A stretch of DNA of 63,969 nucleotides, filler included, from Octopus bimaculoides (taxonomy: Eukaryota): NCBI RefSeq assembly GCF_001194135.2. It is 7 parts of 7 records of this genome, joined end to end, with 100 filler letters (N's around TTAATTAATTAA, not from the genome) between each part and the next. Parts side by side here need not be neighbours in the genome. Positions count along the whole stretch, not along the records: positions 1 to 13,506 come from NC_069005.1; 6 more parts are not named here. The stretch is one strand, 5' to 3'. A program made the translations under genes and the position numbers. Positions within the stretch are counted from its first letter, which is position 1, and each line of letters opens with the position of its first letter. The notes beneath the pieces are model-generated. The model saw only the letters and a list, made by a program, of their open reading frames with translations, was not told where the DNA came from and made no database searches. Below are positions 1-12,116 of the stretch, in pieces.

Positions 1-44
<44 letters not shown>

Positions 45-394
45 AAGGGATTCTTTCCTTTTCCGACGGGCTTCTTTTCAGTTTCCATGCTGAAGAGAAT
101 CGGGCCAACTGGAATTGAATAATGAGTCCCCAAACTTGTTAATCATGTTAAATATATTGACGACATTTAAGTTATGGGGTCTTAGCATTTGTTGAAACTT
201 GATAGAATATAAAATTCACGCTTGTTCACAGACAGTTAGCACACTAAAGTATATTGCGTAAACAATAACTATAGATGTAAGTGTATATGTACATGTGTGC
301 ACCTTACCGGGAAAGAACGCTCACTTTCACAGTGTTCGTTGGGTATTTGATAAATGAGAGAAATGGAAGATGGAAGAGACAAGAATGTTTATTG

Positions 395-479
395 ATCACT
401 ATAATTGTTTCCATCTATTTAGAAACTGAACAACTGGTTTAAGAGTATCCATCGGTGTAGATGTGTCTCTTCAGGTGAT
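395..479 (-). ncRNA. Decayed minimal type-I hammerhead ribozyme interrupted by an insertion
   Basis: Minus strand reads AUCAC-CUGAAGA-GACA-CAUC-UACACC-GAUG-[34 nt insert + duplicated GAUG]-GAAAC-AAUU-AUA-GUGAU. It has a 5-bp stem I, the CUGANGA and GAAA cores and a palindromic loop 3; the triplet is mutated to AUA. Confidence 0.65.
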
Positions 480-567
480 TACAAGGTGCACTTTCTTAAA
501 ATAACCTCCGCTCCACTAGTTTTCTTCACGGTATGTGTTTGTGTGTGTGTGTGTGTAATAATGGATT

Positions 568-727
568 CAAATTTTGGCACAAGCCCAGCAACTTCGACTC
601 CAATGCTCAACTGTTACTTGTTTCATCCACCCCGAAAGAATGAAGGTCAAAGTCGACCTCGGAATAATTTGAATTCAGAATGTAAAGACAGACTAAACAT
701 TTTGTCCGGCGTCCTAACGATTCCGCC
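568..727 (-). mobile_element. tRNA-derived SINE family B (Meta-like central domain)
   Basis: Reverse complement of the family-B motif GAGTTCAAATTCCGCCGAGGTCGACTTTGCCTTTCATCCTTTCGGG, seen in more than 12 copies in this window. Confidence 0.8.
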
Positions 728-770
728 TTATATTTATTTATGATAATAACTGATATAAACTTTAGTTCGT

Positions 771-803
<33 letters not shown>

Positions 804-988
804 CGTTGATCGACTGGCTGATTTACATCGCATAGAGAGACGGGAAGATAAAGATAGAGAGATATGAGAAGTACAGAGAGAGTTAACGCAAGAGGTGCAC
901 GATGAGTGCTCACACTAAAAAGACACAACATATACTAAAAGAACACAGCACATATATGCAGACAGGATGAGACAGAATCGTAAAGACG

Positions 989-1109
989 GATAAGGAGGAA
1001 GACGAGAAGGAGGAAGACGAGAAGGAGGAAGACGAGAAGGAGGAAGACGAGAAGGAGGAAGACGAGAAGGAGGAAGACGAGAAGGAGGAAGACGAGAAGG
1101 AGGAAGACG
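989..1109. repeat. 15-bp tandem repeat (GAGAAGGAGGAAGAC)n running into a gap
   Basis: About 8 exact units; it produces the spurious RLPPS ORF. Confidence 0.95.
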
Positions 1110-1611
1110 NNNNNNNNNNNNNNNNNNNNNNNNNNNNNNNNNNNNNNNNNNNNNNNNNNNNNNNNNNNNNNNNNNNNNNNNNNNNNNNNNNNNNNNNNNN
1201 NNNNNNNNNNNNNNNNNNNNNNNNNNNNNNNNNNNNNNNNNNNNNNNNNNNNNNNNNNNNNNNNNNNNNNNNNNNNNNNNNNNNNNNNNNNNNNNNNNNN
1301 NNNNNNNNNNNNNNNNNNNNNNNNNNNNNNNNNNNNNNNNNNNNNNNNNNNNNNNNNNNNNNNNNNNNNNNNNNNNNNNNNNNNNNNNNNNNNNNNNNNN
1401 NNNNNNNNNNNNNNNNNNNNNNNNNNNNNNNNNNNNNNNNNNNNNNNNNNNNNNNNNNNNNNNNNNNNNNNNNNNNNNNNNNNNNNNNNNNNNNNNNNNN
1501 NNNNNNNNNNNNNNNNNNNNNNNNNNNNNNNNNNNNNNNNNNNNNNNNNNNNNNNNNNNNNNNNNNNNNNNNNNNNNNNNNNNNNNNNNNNNNNNNNNNN
1601 NNNNNNNNNNN

Positions 1612-1682
<71 letters not shown>

Positions 1683-1766
1683 TGGTGTAGTGAACATGTC
1701 ACATGATAATATACTATATATATATATATATATATATATAGGGGTCGAAATCACGAGGTAGGGAGG

Positions 1767-2040
1767 GAAAAAGAAATGTCAGAAAAATTTAAGGTGAAGT
1801 ACTTGCACAGACTGAGATTGACTCTCAGGTCGAAATTAAACGGACGGAATAAGACTGAAGCTATCAACACCTGGACAATTTCACTCCTTAGATATGGAGC
1901 AGGGTAATCGCATGGTCAGTAGACGAACTAAACAGCTTAGACAGAAAGACAAGGAAGTTGCTGACGAGACATGAGATACTCCACCCAAAAAGTGACAGAC
2001 ACACTGTAGGTACCAAGAGGGTGGAAGAGGACTGATATAG
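1767..2040 (+). mobile_element. R4/Dong-like RLE non-LTR retrotransposon, RT C-terminal fragment (decayed)
   Basis: Translates EKFKVKYLHRLRLTLRSKLNGRNKTEAINTWTISLLRYGAG..WSVDELNSLDRKTRKLLTRHEILHPKSD..GGRGLI, typical of the R4-clade AINTWA..LRY / LDRKTRK / HPKSD / GGRGL region. Confidence 0.85.
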
Positions 2041-2291
2041 TGTTAACAACGCAGGTATACCGTCAGCACATAAAAACACTCTAGCATGGATGATGGAACA
2101 GCTACGTCACGTGATTTCAGGGTACATGCTCTTTCTCAGTAGCAGGCATCCGTTCACCGCATGCCAGCCAAGTTCCAGTGACAATGACAATGTATGGAAA
2201 ATCAGTGACTGTTCAGTCACTGATGTCGCAAATAGCCGGTAGGCTATGTAGAAAAAAATATTGACAGGAGCATAATTAATATCGAATAACA

Positions 2292-2345
<54 letters not shown>

Positions 2346-2371
2346 TTTATCTATCTATCTATCTATCTATC

Positions 2372-2447
<76 letters not shown>

Positions 2448-2756
2448 GGGATAAATAGATGGACACATAGATATATACACTCATAACTGGACTCGTATGC
2501 AAGCATAATATTTTTATTCATTCATATTTGTATGTCACAAGTTTTCTCTGATTCTAGTCACATCTAATAAACAACGAAACAGTCACCTCAATGCATTTCT
2601 TGATATTATTAATCATGGAGCGAACCGAAGTATATACATATGTATATTCAAGAGTTAAGTGAAAGGCTTTCAGAAATATCACATATGGATATTAATGTCT
2701 GTCTGTCTCTCGACCGTCTGTCTGTCTGCATCTGACTTTTCTTCTCCATCTCGCTC

Positions 2757-2838
<82 letters not shown>

Positions 2839-3718
2839 ATATATATATAGATATATAATATATGTACGTACATACACTCGCACACAGCCACACACACAGT
2901 CACACACACATCTATCTATCTATCTATCTATCTATCTATACATACATACATATATACATAAATGCATACATATAAATATGTATGTATGTATGTATGGATG
3001 TATGTGTATATAGTTATTTGTCAAAACACATTAAGAAAATTAATTCTGAAGCAGAGAGCTACGAGTTCTCTCAATAAATCTAATGATTTGTGTGTATGTG
3101 CGCATGTGAGTGCGTGTGTGACTATATATGTGCGTACATTTGTATGTGCATAGAACCTTACTGGTTGTACATATATATATATGTAAAACTTCATTTTGTT
3201 AAATCTACTTGCATCAACCTACTCGGGCATTCATTTCTTGAGGAATTTTGACTACCGCATATACATGTATGTATGTATGTATGTATGTATGTATGTATGT
3301 ATGTATGTATGTATGTATGTATCTATATATGTGCGTGTATAAACAGATATAAGGTGGCGAGCTGGCGGAACCATTAGGACGCGGGACAATATATATATAT
3401 ATATATATATATANNNNNNNNNNNNNNNNNNNNNNNNNNNNNNNNNNNNNNNNNNNNNNNNNNNNNNNNNNNNNNNNNNNNNNNNNNNNNNNNNNNNNNN
3501 NNNNNNNNNNNNNNNNNNNNNNNNNNNNNNNNNNNNNNNNNNNNNNNNNNNNNNNNNNNNNNNNNNNNNNNNNNNNNNNNNNNNNNNNNNNNNNNNNNNN
3601 NNNNNNNNNNNNNNNNNNNNNNNNNNNNNNNNNNNNNNNNNNNNNNNNNNNNNNNNNNNNNNNNNNNNNNNNNNNNNNNNNNNNNNNNNNNNNNNNNNNN
3701 NNNNNNNNNNNNNNNNNN

Positions 3719-3753
<35 letters not shown>

Positions 3754-3924
3754 TGTGTGTGTGTGTTGGTGTAGTGAACATGTCACATGATAATATACTC
3801 TTTTACTTGTTTCAATCATTTGACTGCAGCCATGCTGGAGCACCATATATTTACTGCAGTATTCCCTATCATATGACGGGAATTGTTTAAGTATATTTTT
3901 GCCTTCATTGGTAACACACCACAC

Positions 3925-4040
3925 TTTTCAGTCCGAACTCCATTCTGATATCAGCATTGAAAGTATACACCGTATCAACGAGGAAACTGACTTGGGATTC
4001 ATCTTTATCATAAAGTTTGAGGTCATCCATGAATAACCAC
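3925..4040 (-). mobile_element. R4/Dong-like RT catalytic fragment
   Basis: LFMDDLKLYDKDESQVSFLVDTVYTFNADIRMEFGLK contains the RT (F/Y)MDD motif. The ORF 3905..4153 is a chimera of this fragment and the adjacent SINE. Confidence 0.85.
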
Positions 4041-4041
4041 T

Positions 4042-4153
4042 TTTTGGGGTCGATGAAATAAGTACCAGTTGAGTACTGGGATCGATGTAACCGACTTACA
4101 CCTTCCCCCAAAATTTCAGGCCTTGCGCCTGAAATAGAAAGGATTATTATCAT
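4042..4153 (+). mobile_element. SINE family B, 3' half
   Basis: GGGGTCGATGAAATAAGTACCAG...CCCCAAAATTTCAGGCCTTG...GAAAGGATTATTAT tail. Confidence 0.8.
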
Positions 4154-4672
4154 TTTTTAAAAAAACCAGGTTTTGTTGGAACTCCTGAAGTCTTGCAAGC
4201 CTAGCGATCATGCTGCCTACAGCCTATGGTACCATGCTATCTGTTCTTTTCAGTTGTCTAATACTTCCCTCATTATCCTGTCCGTACCAAGGAGGCAAAC
4301 CTTTTGTAATAGTTCTATTGGTCACTCTGCTCCGCATTTCTTTATATTCCTGTTGATGTCTTCTGTCCCAACGACCAAACATTTTTCATTCCGTACTTAT
4401 TATTATTATTATTATTATTATTGTTGTTGTTGTTGTTGTTTTACTTCTCAGAACGTTCGGTCTTGTTAGTTCTGACTGATTCTGTGAGAACGGACAGCAG
4501 ACTGCTGTCAGAGGTTTCACAAGGTCGCTTTCTGCACATTATAAGTTTTGATAGTACCAATCTCAAACATTTTAGCTATCCCCATTAGAACAGTCGGGTG
4601 GGGCGGGGGATTGCTCTGTTCACATGTTAATTCTGATTACTTTGACATATTTCTCGAACTCGTCAATTCCGA

Positions 4673-5250
<578 letters not shown>

Positions 5251-5283
5251 CATTACTATTATTATTTGTCAACTAGTTAATTA

Positions 5284-5493
5284 TTTAATCAACTAACTAA
5301 TTGATTATTTCATTATTCATTCGGTTAATCGATCAATCAGTTGCTTTTTGCTAAAGTTCCTTTGTTGCCATTCGTGACCTGAAGCTGACCTGCAGTAAGT
5401 CGCTAATGGTGATTGAAGGACATTTTTCGAACACAGCTGGTTAATTATTTAGTCGAATGAGTAATCAAATAATCGATTGGTTAGTTGATTAAA
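5284..5493. repeat. Diverged inverted repeat (60-bp arms), possible old MITE
   Basis: Arms 5284-5343 and 5434-5493 match at 48/60 positions with no indels; spacer 90 nt. Confidence 0.7.
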
Positions 5494-5789
5494 TTAGCTA
5501 ACCAATTATTTAATCGGCAGAGATCATTAAATGACTCGAAGGCCGAGAGTTTCGCTCATTTGGCACTTATGAAGAACGCATAGACATAGACATACACACA
5601 TAAACAGACGCGCTTACACACACATAAATATACGTAAAGGCACACACATATACTCACTTACACTCAAACGCACACACACACACACAAACACAAACACACA
5701 TACACACATATAGATATGAGCTAATCTATTATTAACTACATACCTTTCCAAATAAATGAGTTGAGCACTACAATCTTTCGCTCATTCCA

Positions 5790-6085
5790 TGTATAGATAT
5801 CTCGTTTCCTCTTATCTACCACTCCTCCACCCTCCTCTCCAAGCCTTTTGGCGACTCAAGTCCAACCGCTCCACCTCGCACATCTTCTCTAAACTACCCT
5901 CCCCCCTTCAAATGAGCCCATAACCTGCGTAACCTCCTGGCCCACAGTTTCTTCCTCCCAGCCTGGCTCCTTCCTCTGGTCTCGCCTACGCTGTCGCACC
6001 TGCCCCTATTTCTTCAATACCACCATCCTCACTCGCACCCATCTCCTCCCCTATCACGTCACTGACTCCTTTACTGCCTCTCCTG

Positions 6086-6156
<71 letters not shown>

Positions 6157-6416
6157 CTTCCCTGTACATTGGTCAAACCGGATGCCACTTGGCTGACCGG
6201 TGTGCCGAGCACCCCACTAACATCAGAATCAGCAATGACATCCTGGACTCGCACCACTTTCACTCTACCGGTCACTCGCTACAACATCTGTCTGTGTTCG
6301 GACTGTCTCTGCACAGAGGCCACCCGGACACTCGCCTTCGCAGTGAACAAAAATTAATCTTCTCTCTTCGTTCCTTTGTGTCATACGAGCTTAAATCACT
6401 ACCTCTCTTCATCTGA
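5790..6416 (+). mobile_element. Penelope-like element, GIY-YIG endonuclease fragment (decayed)
   Basis: NLRNLL..RCRTCPYF..VTDSF..[CT]n..CPSLYIGQTGCHLADRCAEH..IRISND..HHFHSTGHSLQHLSVFGL..RLRSEQKLIFSLRSF. It is followed by a degenerate CA-rich tract to about 6790. Confidence 0.9.
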
Positions 6417-7004
6417 CACCAACCTCACACGGATTCCCACACACCTACATACCGCATACCTCGGTACCCTCACCACACACACACCACCATACAAACACTC
6501 ATACACATTGTTCAACTCATCACTCATTTCATACACCATTACACATACACCCACAAACACCTTCGTACTCCACACACACTAGCACCAAACACTTCTCAAC
6601 ATACACACCCCACGCCATTATCCACACACCTACACACAACATCATGCACATTCCCACACCACACACTATCATGCATGCTCCCACGCCCACACAAGCACAT
6701 ACACACATACACATGAGCACACGCTACCTGCACAAGCACACATCAACCGCTACACACAACACACACACACATTAGATTCACTCGTCTCCATTCACACACA
6801 CATGGTTGTGCACATTAGTTCATTAGGGGTCACCATTACCTTTACCGTTATATATATATATATATATNNNNNNNNNNNNNNNNNNNNNNNNNNNNNNNNN
6901 NNNNNNNNNNNNNNNNNNNNNNNNNNNNNNNNNNNNNNNNNNNNNNNNNNNNNNNNNNNNNNNNNNNNNNNNNNNNNNNNNNNNNNNNNNNNNNNNNNNN
7001 NNNN

Positions 7005-7134
7005 AAACTTTGGACAAGTGTCTTCAACTATAGCCTCAAGCCGACGAAGGCCTTGTGAGTGGATTCGGTAGATGGAAATTGAAAGAAGCCCGTCGTGTAT
7101 TTATATATGTGTATATATTTGTGTGTGTGTATGA

Positions 7135-7189
<55 letters not shown>

Positions 7190-7320
7190 TTTGTCCTCCC
7201 ACCATCACTTTACAACCGATGTCCGTGTGCTTACGACCCCGTAACTTAGCGGTATGGCAAAAGATACCGATAGAATAAGTACTAGGATCGATTTTTTTTC
7301 CTCGAAAGGCGGTACTCTCA
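7005..7320 (+). mobile_element. tRNA-derived CORE-like SINE family A (5' end in gap)
   Basis: GGACAAGTGTCTTC..CCTTGTGAGTGGAT..GAAAGAAGCCCGTCG, internal (TG)n, then the family-A tail. Confidence 0.85.
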
Positions 7321-7327
7321 CACATAA

Positions 7328-7360
7328 TAACCCTAACTCCCAACCCTAACCCTAACCCTA
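7328..7360. repeat. Short interstitial telomere-like (TAACCC)n tract
   Basis: TAACCCTAACTCCCAACCCTAACCCTAACCCTA. Confidence 0.6.
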
Positions 7361-8423
7361 CTCAACTGTAGAAATGAATTGCGACGTCACTGGTGCCAAG
7401 CTGTATTGGCCTTTGCCTTTCCCTTGGATAACATTGTTGGCGTGAAGAAGGGACGCTGGTATGCATAGGCGACTGCTGGTCTTCCAGAAACAACCCTATC
7501 TGGACTTGTGCCTCGGAGGTGAACTTTCTAGGTGGAATCCCCTGGGCGTTCAGGACCGTAGGGGGTCTTTACGAAACCACAAGTTTTGGGGTAAGAGTAC
7601 AGTCTTGCAAGGACTTACATCGATCCACACCGCAGCAAGCTGAATGATGCCGTAGGCGGTAAAACAATGCATGGTTCCTATACAGGGCTTTAGAAGGTAT
7701 GAAAGACAATAGATAGGGGGAAGGAACAGGGAAGAGATGGCGAGTAGGAGGTCAAATCTCAATGAGAAATAGGTCGAGAAGTTGACACTGAAATGTCCAG
7801 TACTTGACAGCTCTTGCACTTTTACTCACAACTTTAAAAGCCGTAATTACATGCTGCGAAAATATTTTTGTTCGACATTGTAACAATTTTGTCGGTCATA
7901 GCTTTATCATGTCCACGAATATGTAACTAGATTTTTTCCTCTGACGAACATCATTGTGATAGTGGTAATGGTGCTGCTGCTGTTGTTAATAATAATGATT
8001 GTTGCTGTTGTGGCTGTGGAGGTGGCGGCGGCGGCGGCGGCGGCGGCCGGCGTTGGCGGTGGTGGTGGGTGGCGGTAGTGACGGTCGTTGTCGTCGTCAT
8101 CGTTGTCGTAGGCGTCGTGCTGGCTGACGGTGCGTGATGAGCGGAATCAGAGCTAGAGTGTTGTATATAGATTTGCCATTATCTATAATCAATTTTAAAG
8201 TATGCAACACACCGTGAAGCAGAGGAATTAATCAAATCTGTAGAAGGATATAGAGGAAGTTTGTTTGTTTGCCTTCGCGTATATTTGGTGTTTACCGCAT
8301 ACAGAGACGATACGTGTTTGAAAGTTAATGACTGTATATACGTGAATACTTCTACCTATGTATGTATGTATGTATGTATGCGTGTGTGTGCGTGTGTGTG
8401 TGAGTGCGTGTGTGTGTGAGTGC

Positions 8424-8462
<39 letters not shown>

Positions 8463-8469
8463 GTTGCAG

Positions 8470-8837
8470 CAGTGGACTGGCTGTGTGGTAAAAAGCTTGC
8501 TTACCAACCACATGGTTCCGGGTTCAGTCCCACTGCGTGGCACATTGGGCAAGTGTCTTCTATTATAGCCTCGGGCTGACCAAAACCTTGTGAGTGGATT
8601 TGGTAGATGGAAACTGAAAGAAGCCTGTCGTATATGTATATACGTGTGTGTGTGTGTGTGTGTGACAACCGATGTTGGTGTTTTTATGTCCCCGTAATCT
8701 AGCGGTTCGGCAAAATTGAGCGATAGAATAAGTACTAGGCTTACAAAAATATGTCCTGGGGTCGATTTGTTCGACTAAAGGCGGTGCTCCAGCATAGCCG
8801 CAGTCAAATGATTGAAACAGGTAAAAGAGTAAAAGAA
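8470..8837 (+). mobile_element. SINE family A, near full length
   Basis: tRNA-like head with A box TGGCTGTGTGG and B box GGTTCAGTCCC, CORE-like TTGGGCAAGTGTCTT, internal TA/TG repeat, and tail ending CAGTCAAATGATTGAAACAGGTAAAAGAGTAAAAG. Confidence 0.9.
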
Positions 8838-9084
8838 TATATGTACACATATATATCCTATTTATACAGATAGATAGATAGATAGATAGATAGACGGACA
8901 GACAGGCCTGCATATACATACACACATGGACATATATATATCGAAATCGCCATCATTTTGAAATTACGGTATCGACCAGACTACCGGACGTTGTTGCACG
9001 TCGCTGGTCACAATGCGCTTCGCATTGTTTCAGCATTTGAATGATGTCACTCCGCTAGGCGACCAGAGCCACATTGAACTATTC

Positions 9085-9207
9085 TGTCGAAGTGTGACCC
9101 ATTTACAGATGAGTAGACTGAAGCAACATGAAATGAAGTGTTTAGCTTAAGGACACAACGCTACGCCCGGTCCGGGAATCGAAACCATGCTCACCAAATC
9201 GTGAGTG
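9085..9207 (-). mobile_element. Second CORE-like SINE (family C) head
   Basis: Reverse complement reads GGTTTCGATTCCCGGACCGGGCG..GTGTCCTTAAGCTAAACACTT..ATCTGTAAATGGG, a B box plus a MIR/CORE-like domain. Confidence 0.65.
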
Positions 9208-9316
9208 CACCATATGTATGTATTTTCCAAAGAAATAGGTTAGAGTAAATAACTATAAGCAAAGTAGCTAGTTAGAAAATCTCTGTAAGAGATAAAAGTG
9301 GTAACTATAATGACAA

Positions 9317-9453
9317 GTAATGATTGTCGCCACTTCAGCATCGAGTGCAAATTCCATCGAATAACCAGCTGGAGGAGGCGTCCACTTGGGGTTAAAATGG
9401 TAGTAACGTCAGTCCATACGGAACAGCCATGTTGAAATGGCGATAAACATTAC
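9317..9453. mobile_element. Small MITE-like element with about 25-bp terminal inverted repeats
   Basis: 9317-9341 matches the reverse complement of 9429-9453 at 21/25. A related copy lies at about 10405-10521 (shared ATCGAGTGCAAA..GAATAACCAG.TGGAGGAG and right TIR). Confidence 0.5.
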
Positions 9454-10056
9454 AAATGACAACATTTTTTATATAAAGAATTGATTAGGTGCTATGGTGG
9501 CCTTCTACAACACTGTAGATTACGTGTTGATTTTTACAAACACACACACAAATACGCACACACCCACCCNNNNNNNNNNNNNNNNNNNNNNNNNNNNNNN
9601 NNNNNNNNNNNNNNNNNNNNNNNNNNNNNNNNNNNNNNNNNNNNNNNNNNNNNNNNNNNNNNNNNNNNNNNNNNNNNNNNNNNNNNNNNNNNNNNNNNNN
9701 NNNNNNNNNNNNNNNNNNNNNNNNNNNNNNNNNNNNNNNNNNNNNNNNNNNNNNNNNNNNNNNNNNNNNNNNNNNNNNNNNNNNNNNNNNNNNNNNNNNN
9801 NNNNNNNNNNNNNNNNNNNNNNNNNNNNNNNNNNNNNNNNNNNNNNNNNNNNNNNNNNNNNNNNNNNNNNNNNNNNNNNNNNNNNNNNNNNNNNNNNNNN
9901 NNNNNNNNNNNNNNNNNNNNNNNNNNNNNNNNNNNNNNNNNNNNNNNNNNNNNNNNNNNNNNNNNNNNNNNNNNNNNNNNNNNNNNNNNNNNNNNNNNNN
10001 NNNNNNNNNNNNNNNNNNNNNNNNNCTGTAAGAGTTCTCTCCTGCTTGCAATGAAT

Positions 10057-10386
10057 ATCATTTTCTACTCTAGGCACAAGGTCCGAAGTTTTGGGGGAGG
10101 GGGCCAGTCGATTAGATCAACCGCAGCACGCAATGGTACTTAATTTAGTGTGTTAACGTTTCTTATTGCCCACAAGGGGCTAAACACAGAGGGGACAAAC
10201 AAAGACAGACAAACGGATTAGGTCGATTACATCGACACCAGTGCGTAACTGGTACTTAATTTATCGACCCCGAAAGGACGAAAGGCATAATCGACCTCGG
10301 CGGAATTTGAACTCAGAACGTAACGGCAGACGAAATGCCGGTAAGCATTTCGCCCGGCGTGTTAACGTCTCTGCCAGCTCGTCACC
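10057..10386 (-). mobile_element. Dimeric SINE family B (right monomer internally deleted)
   Basis: Left monomer ends GCCCCTTGTGGGCAATAA, then resumes at GAAACGTTAACAC of a second head, followed by the standard tail. Confidence 0.85.
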
Positions 10387-10744
10387 TTCTCAGCCTTACA
10401 ATTAATATCGAGTGCAAAAGCGCACTGAATAACCAGATGGAGGAGATGCCTTCTTGGAGTTTAAATTGCAGTATCGTCGGTTCTTACAGAACACCCACGT
10501 TAAAGTGGCGACAAGCACTACTCTTCATATATTTATTTTTTAAAACATAAATAAAAGATGGCGAACCGGCAGGACCGTTGATGCATCGGCCCTAAAACCG
10601 TAATACTATTTTACTTAGTTCTATACCTTCCGAGAACAAATACAGACTAGTTCAACTTTTCATCTCTTCGGGATCGATATGATGAAAAGACTGCTAAGTC
10701 ATTTTTCCGACGCATTAATTATTTTACCATCTCTCCGCCTCATG

Positions 10745-11165
10745 GTTTCAAAGTTTGTCACAAATCTAACAATTTTAGGAGGCAAGTCGATAGCGTCGAC
10801 ATCAGTACTTCACTGCTACTTTATTTTCTAGATCCTGAAAGGATGCAAAGCAAAATTTATCTCGCTGATGTTTAAAATGAGAACGTAAGGAGCCGGAAGA
10901 AATGCTGCAAACCATTTTATCCGAAGCGTTAATAGTTTTACAAGCTGGCAGCATTATCGCTTCAAATTTTGATACAAAGCCAGTAATTTTAGGAGAGATA
11001 CATGTCCATTACATTGACCCCCTGTATTCAACTGCTATTTATTTTATCGATCCCTAAATAACAAAATCCAAAACTGATGTCGGCCTGATTTGCACCCGGA
11101 ACGTAAAGAGCCGGAAGATCTGTTGCTAGCCATTATTCCGACGTGCTCACGATTCTGCCACCTCA
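10745..11165 (-). mobile_element. Two older head-to-tail SINE family B copies
   Basis: Decayed family-B body motifs repeated at about 10745-10960 and about 10965-11165. Confidence 0.65.
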
Positions 11166-11227
11166 CCATATTCCAGCTCGCTACCTTTTATATGTGAATG
11201 TAAAAATAAACGGTGTTATTGTTTTAC

Positions 11228-11371
11228 CTTGCTCAGGTGAATTACGGTGGAATTTGTACCGGGAACAAATTTCACGGACGATTCTAGCCAGAGTTCTAGC
11301 GACCATAGCTATTAAGCGCTTCATGTTTAACAAAATCTTATAGCTCTTCTTGATAAAAAGTTGATATAACT
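11228..11371 (-). CDS. Candidate internal exon, unknown product
   Basis: TTGTTGTGCAG acceptor and AAG/GTAAAA donor; 144 nt, phase 1-1, open as LYQLFIKKSYKILLNMKRLIAMVARTLARIVREICSRYKFHRNSPEQ. No recognisable homology. Confidence 0.3.
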
Positions 11372-11777
11372 CTGCACAACAAACTAGCATTGCCAGTGAA
11401 ATTTTAAATCGACGTGAGGTAAAGATTAACCCAGGACACAAAAAAAGGAAGACCTCAGAGCTTAATACCAAACGATGTTCATTTTCATTCTGATTTCAAA
11501 TTCTGCCCAGACTGATTTAAGCATTCACACATTTATACACGATAAGCTATTGGCCAAACCACGCATACACCACACACATACACACAGAGTCACCCTTACA
11601 CTATACTCATCTCTACACATGGATACATTTCTGTACTTGCACACAGTAACCCGCTACGTCCACTCGTCATAATTCCTCCCCATAGAACTGCATTTCCACC
11701 TGCTCTGTAAATCCCTTATTTCTTCTTTCCTACTACATTTCTTTCTTTTGTTCTTCCCTCCTTTCTTTCCTTTCCTT

Positions 11778-11813
11778 TTTTCTGATGAAAAACTAGCGTC
11801 CGAAACATCAAAG
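11778..11813 (+). ncRNA. Decayed minimal hammerhead ribozyme of the Penelope pLTR type
   Basis: UUUU-CUGAUGA-AAAAC-UAGC-GUCC-GAAAC-AUC-AAAG: cores intact, stem I is UUUU/AAAG, stem II 5' strand is mutated, and the expected GAAACGUC reads GAAACAUC. Confidence 0.55.
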
Positions 11814-12035
11814 TCTCTTTCCATTCTTCCAAACAGTATACTAATAATACATTTATTACAACTTGTCCGTCCCGTTGTTTCATTTGCTTGTTTTTACTCA
11901 TTATAATGTACATATATGCATACATACACATACATATAAATATGTGTATATATATATATGTATGCGTGTGTGTGTATACATATATATATATATATACATA
12001 CATACATATATATATATACGCACACATATATATAT

Positions 12036-12116
<81 letters not shown>

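Noticed and set aside
89-140. CUGAAGA followed by CAAAC
   Set aside because: No consistent stems and the GAAA core is absent.
2201-2224. Perfect 11-bp palindrome ATCAGTGACTG-TT-CAGTCACTGAT
   Set aside because: Isolated and short, with no context indicating function.
5530-5575. Minus-strand GAGC-GAAAC-UC..GA-GUC resembling a hammerhead 3' half
   Set aside because: No CUGANGA or matching stem I/II strand can be found.
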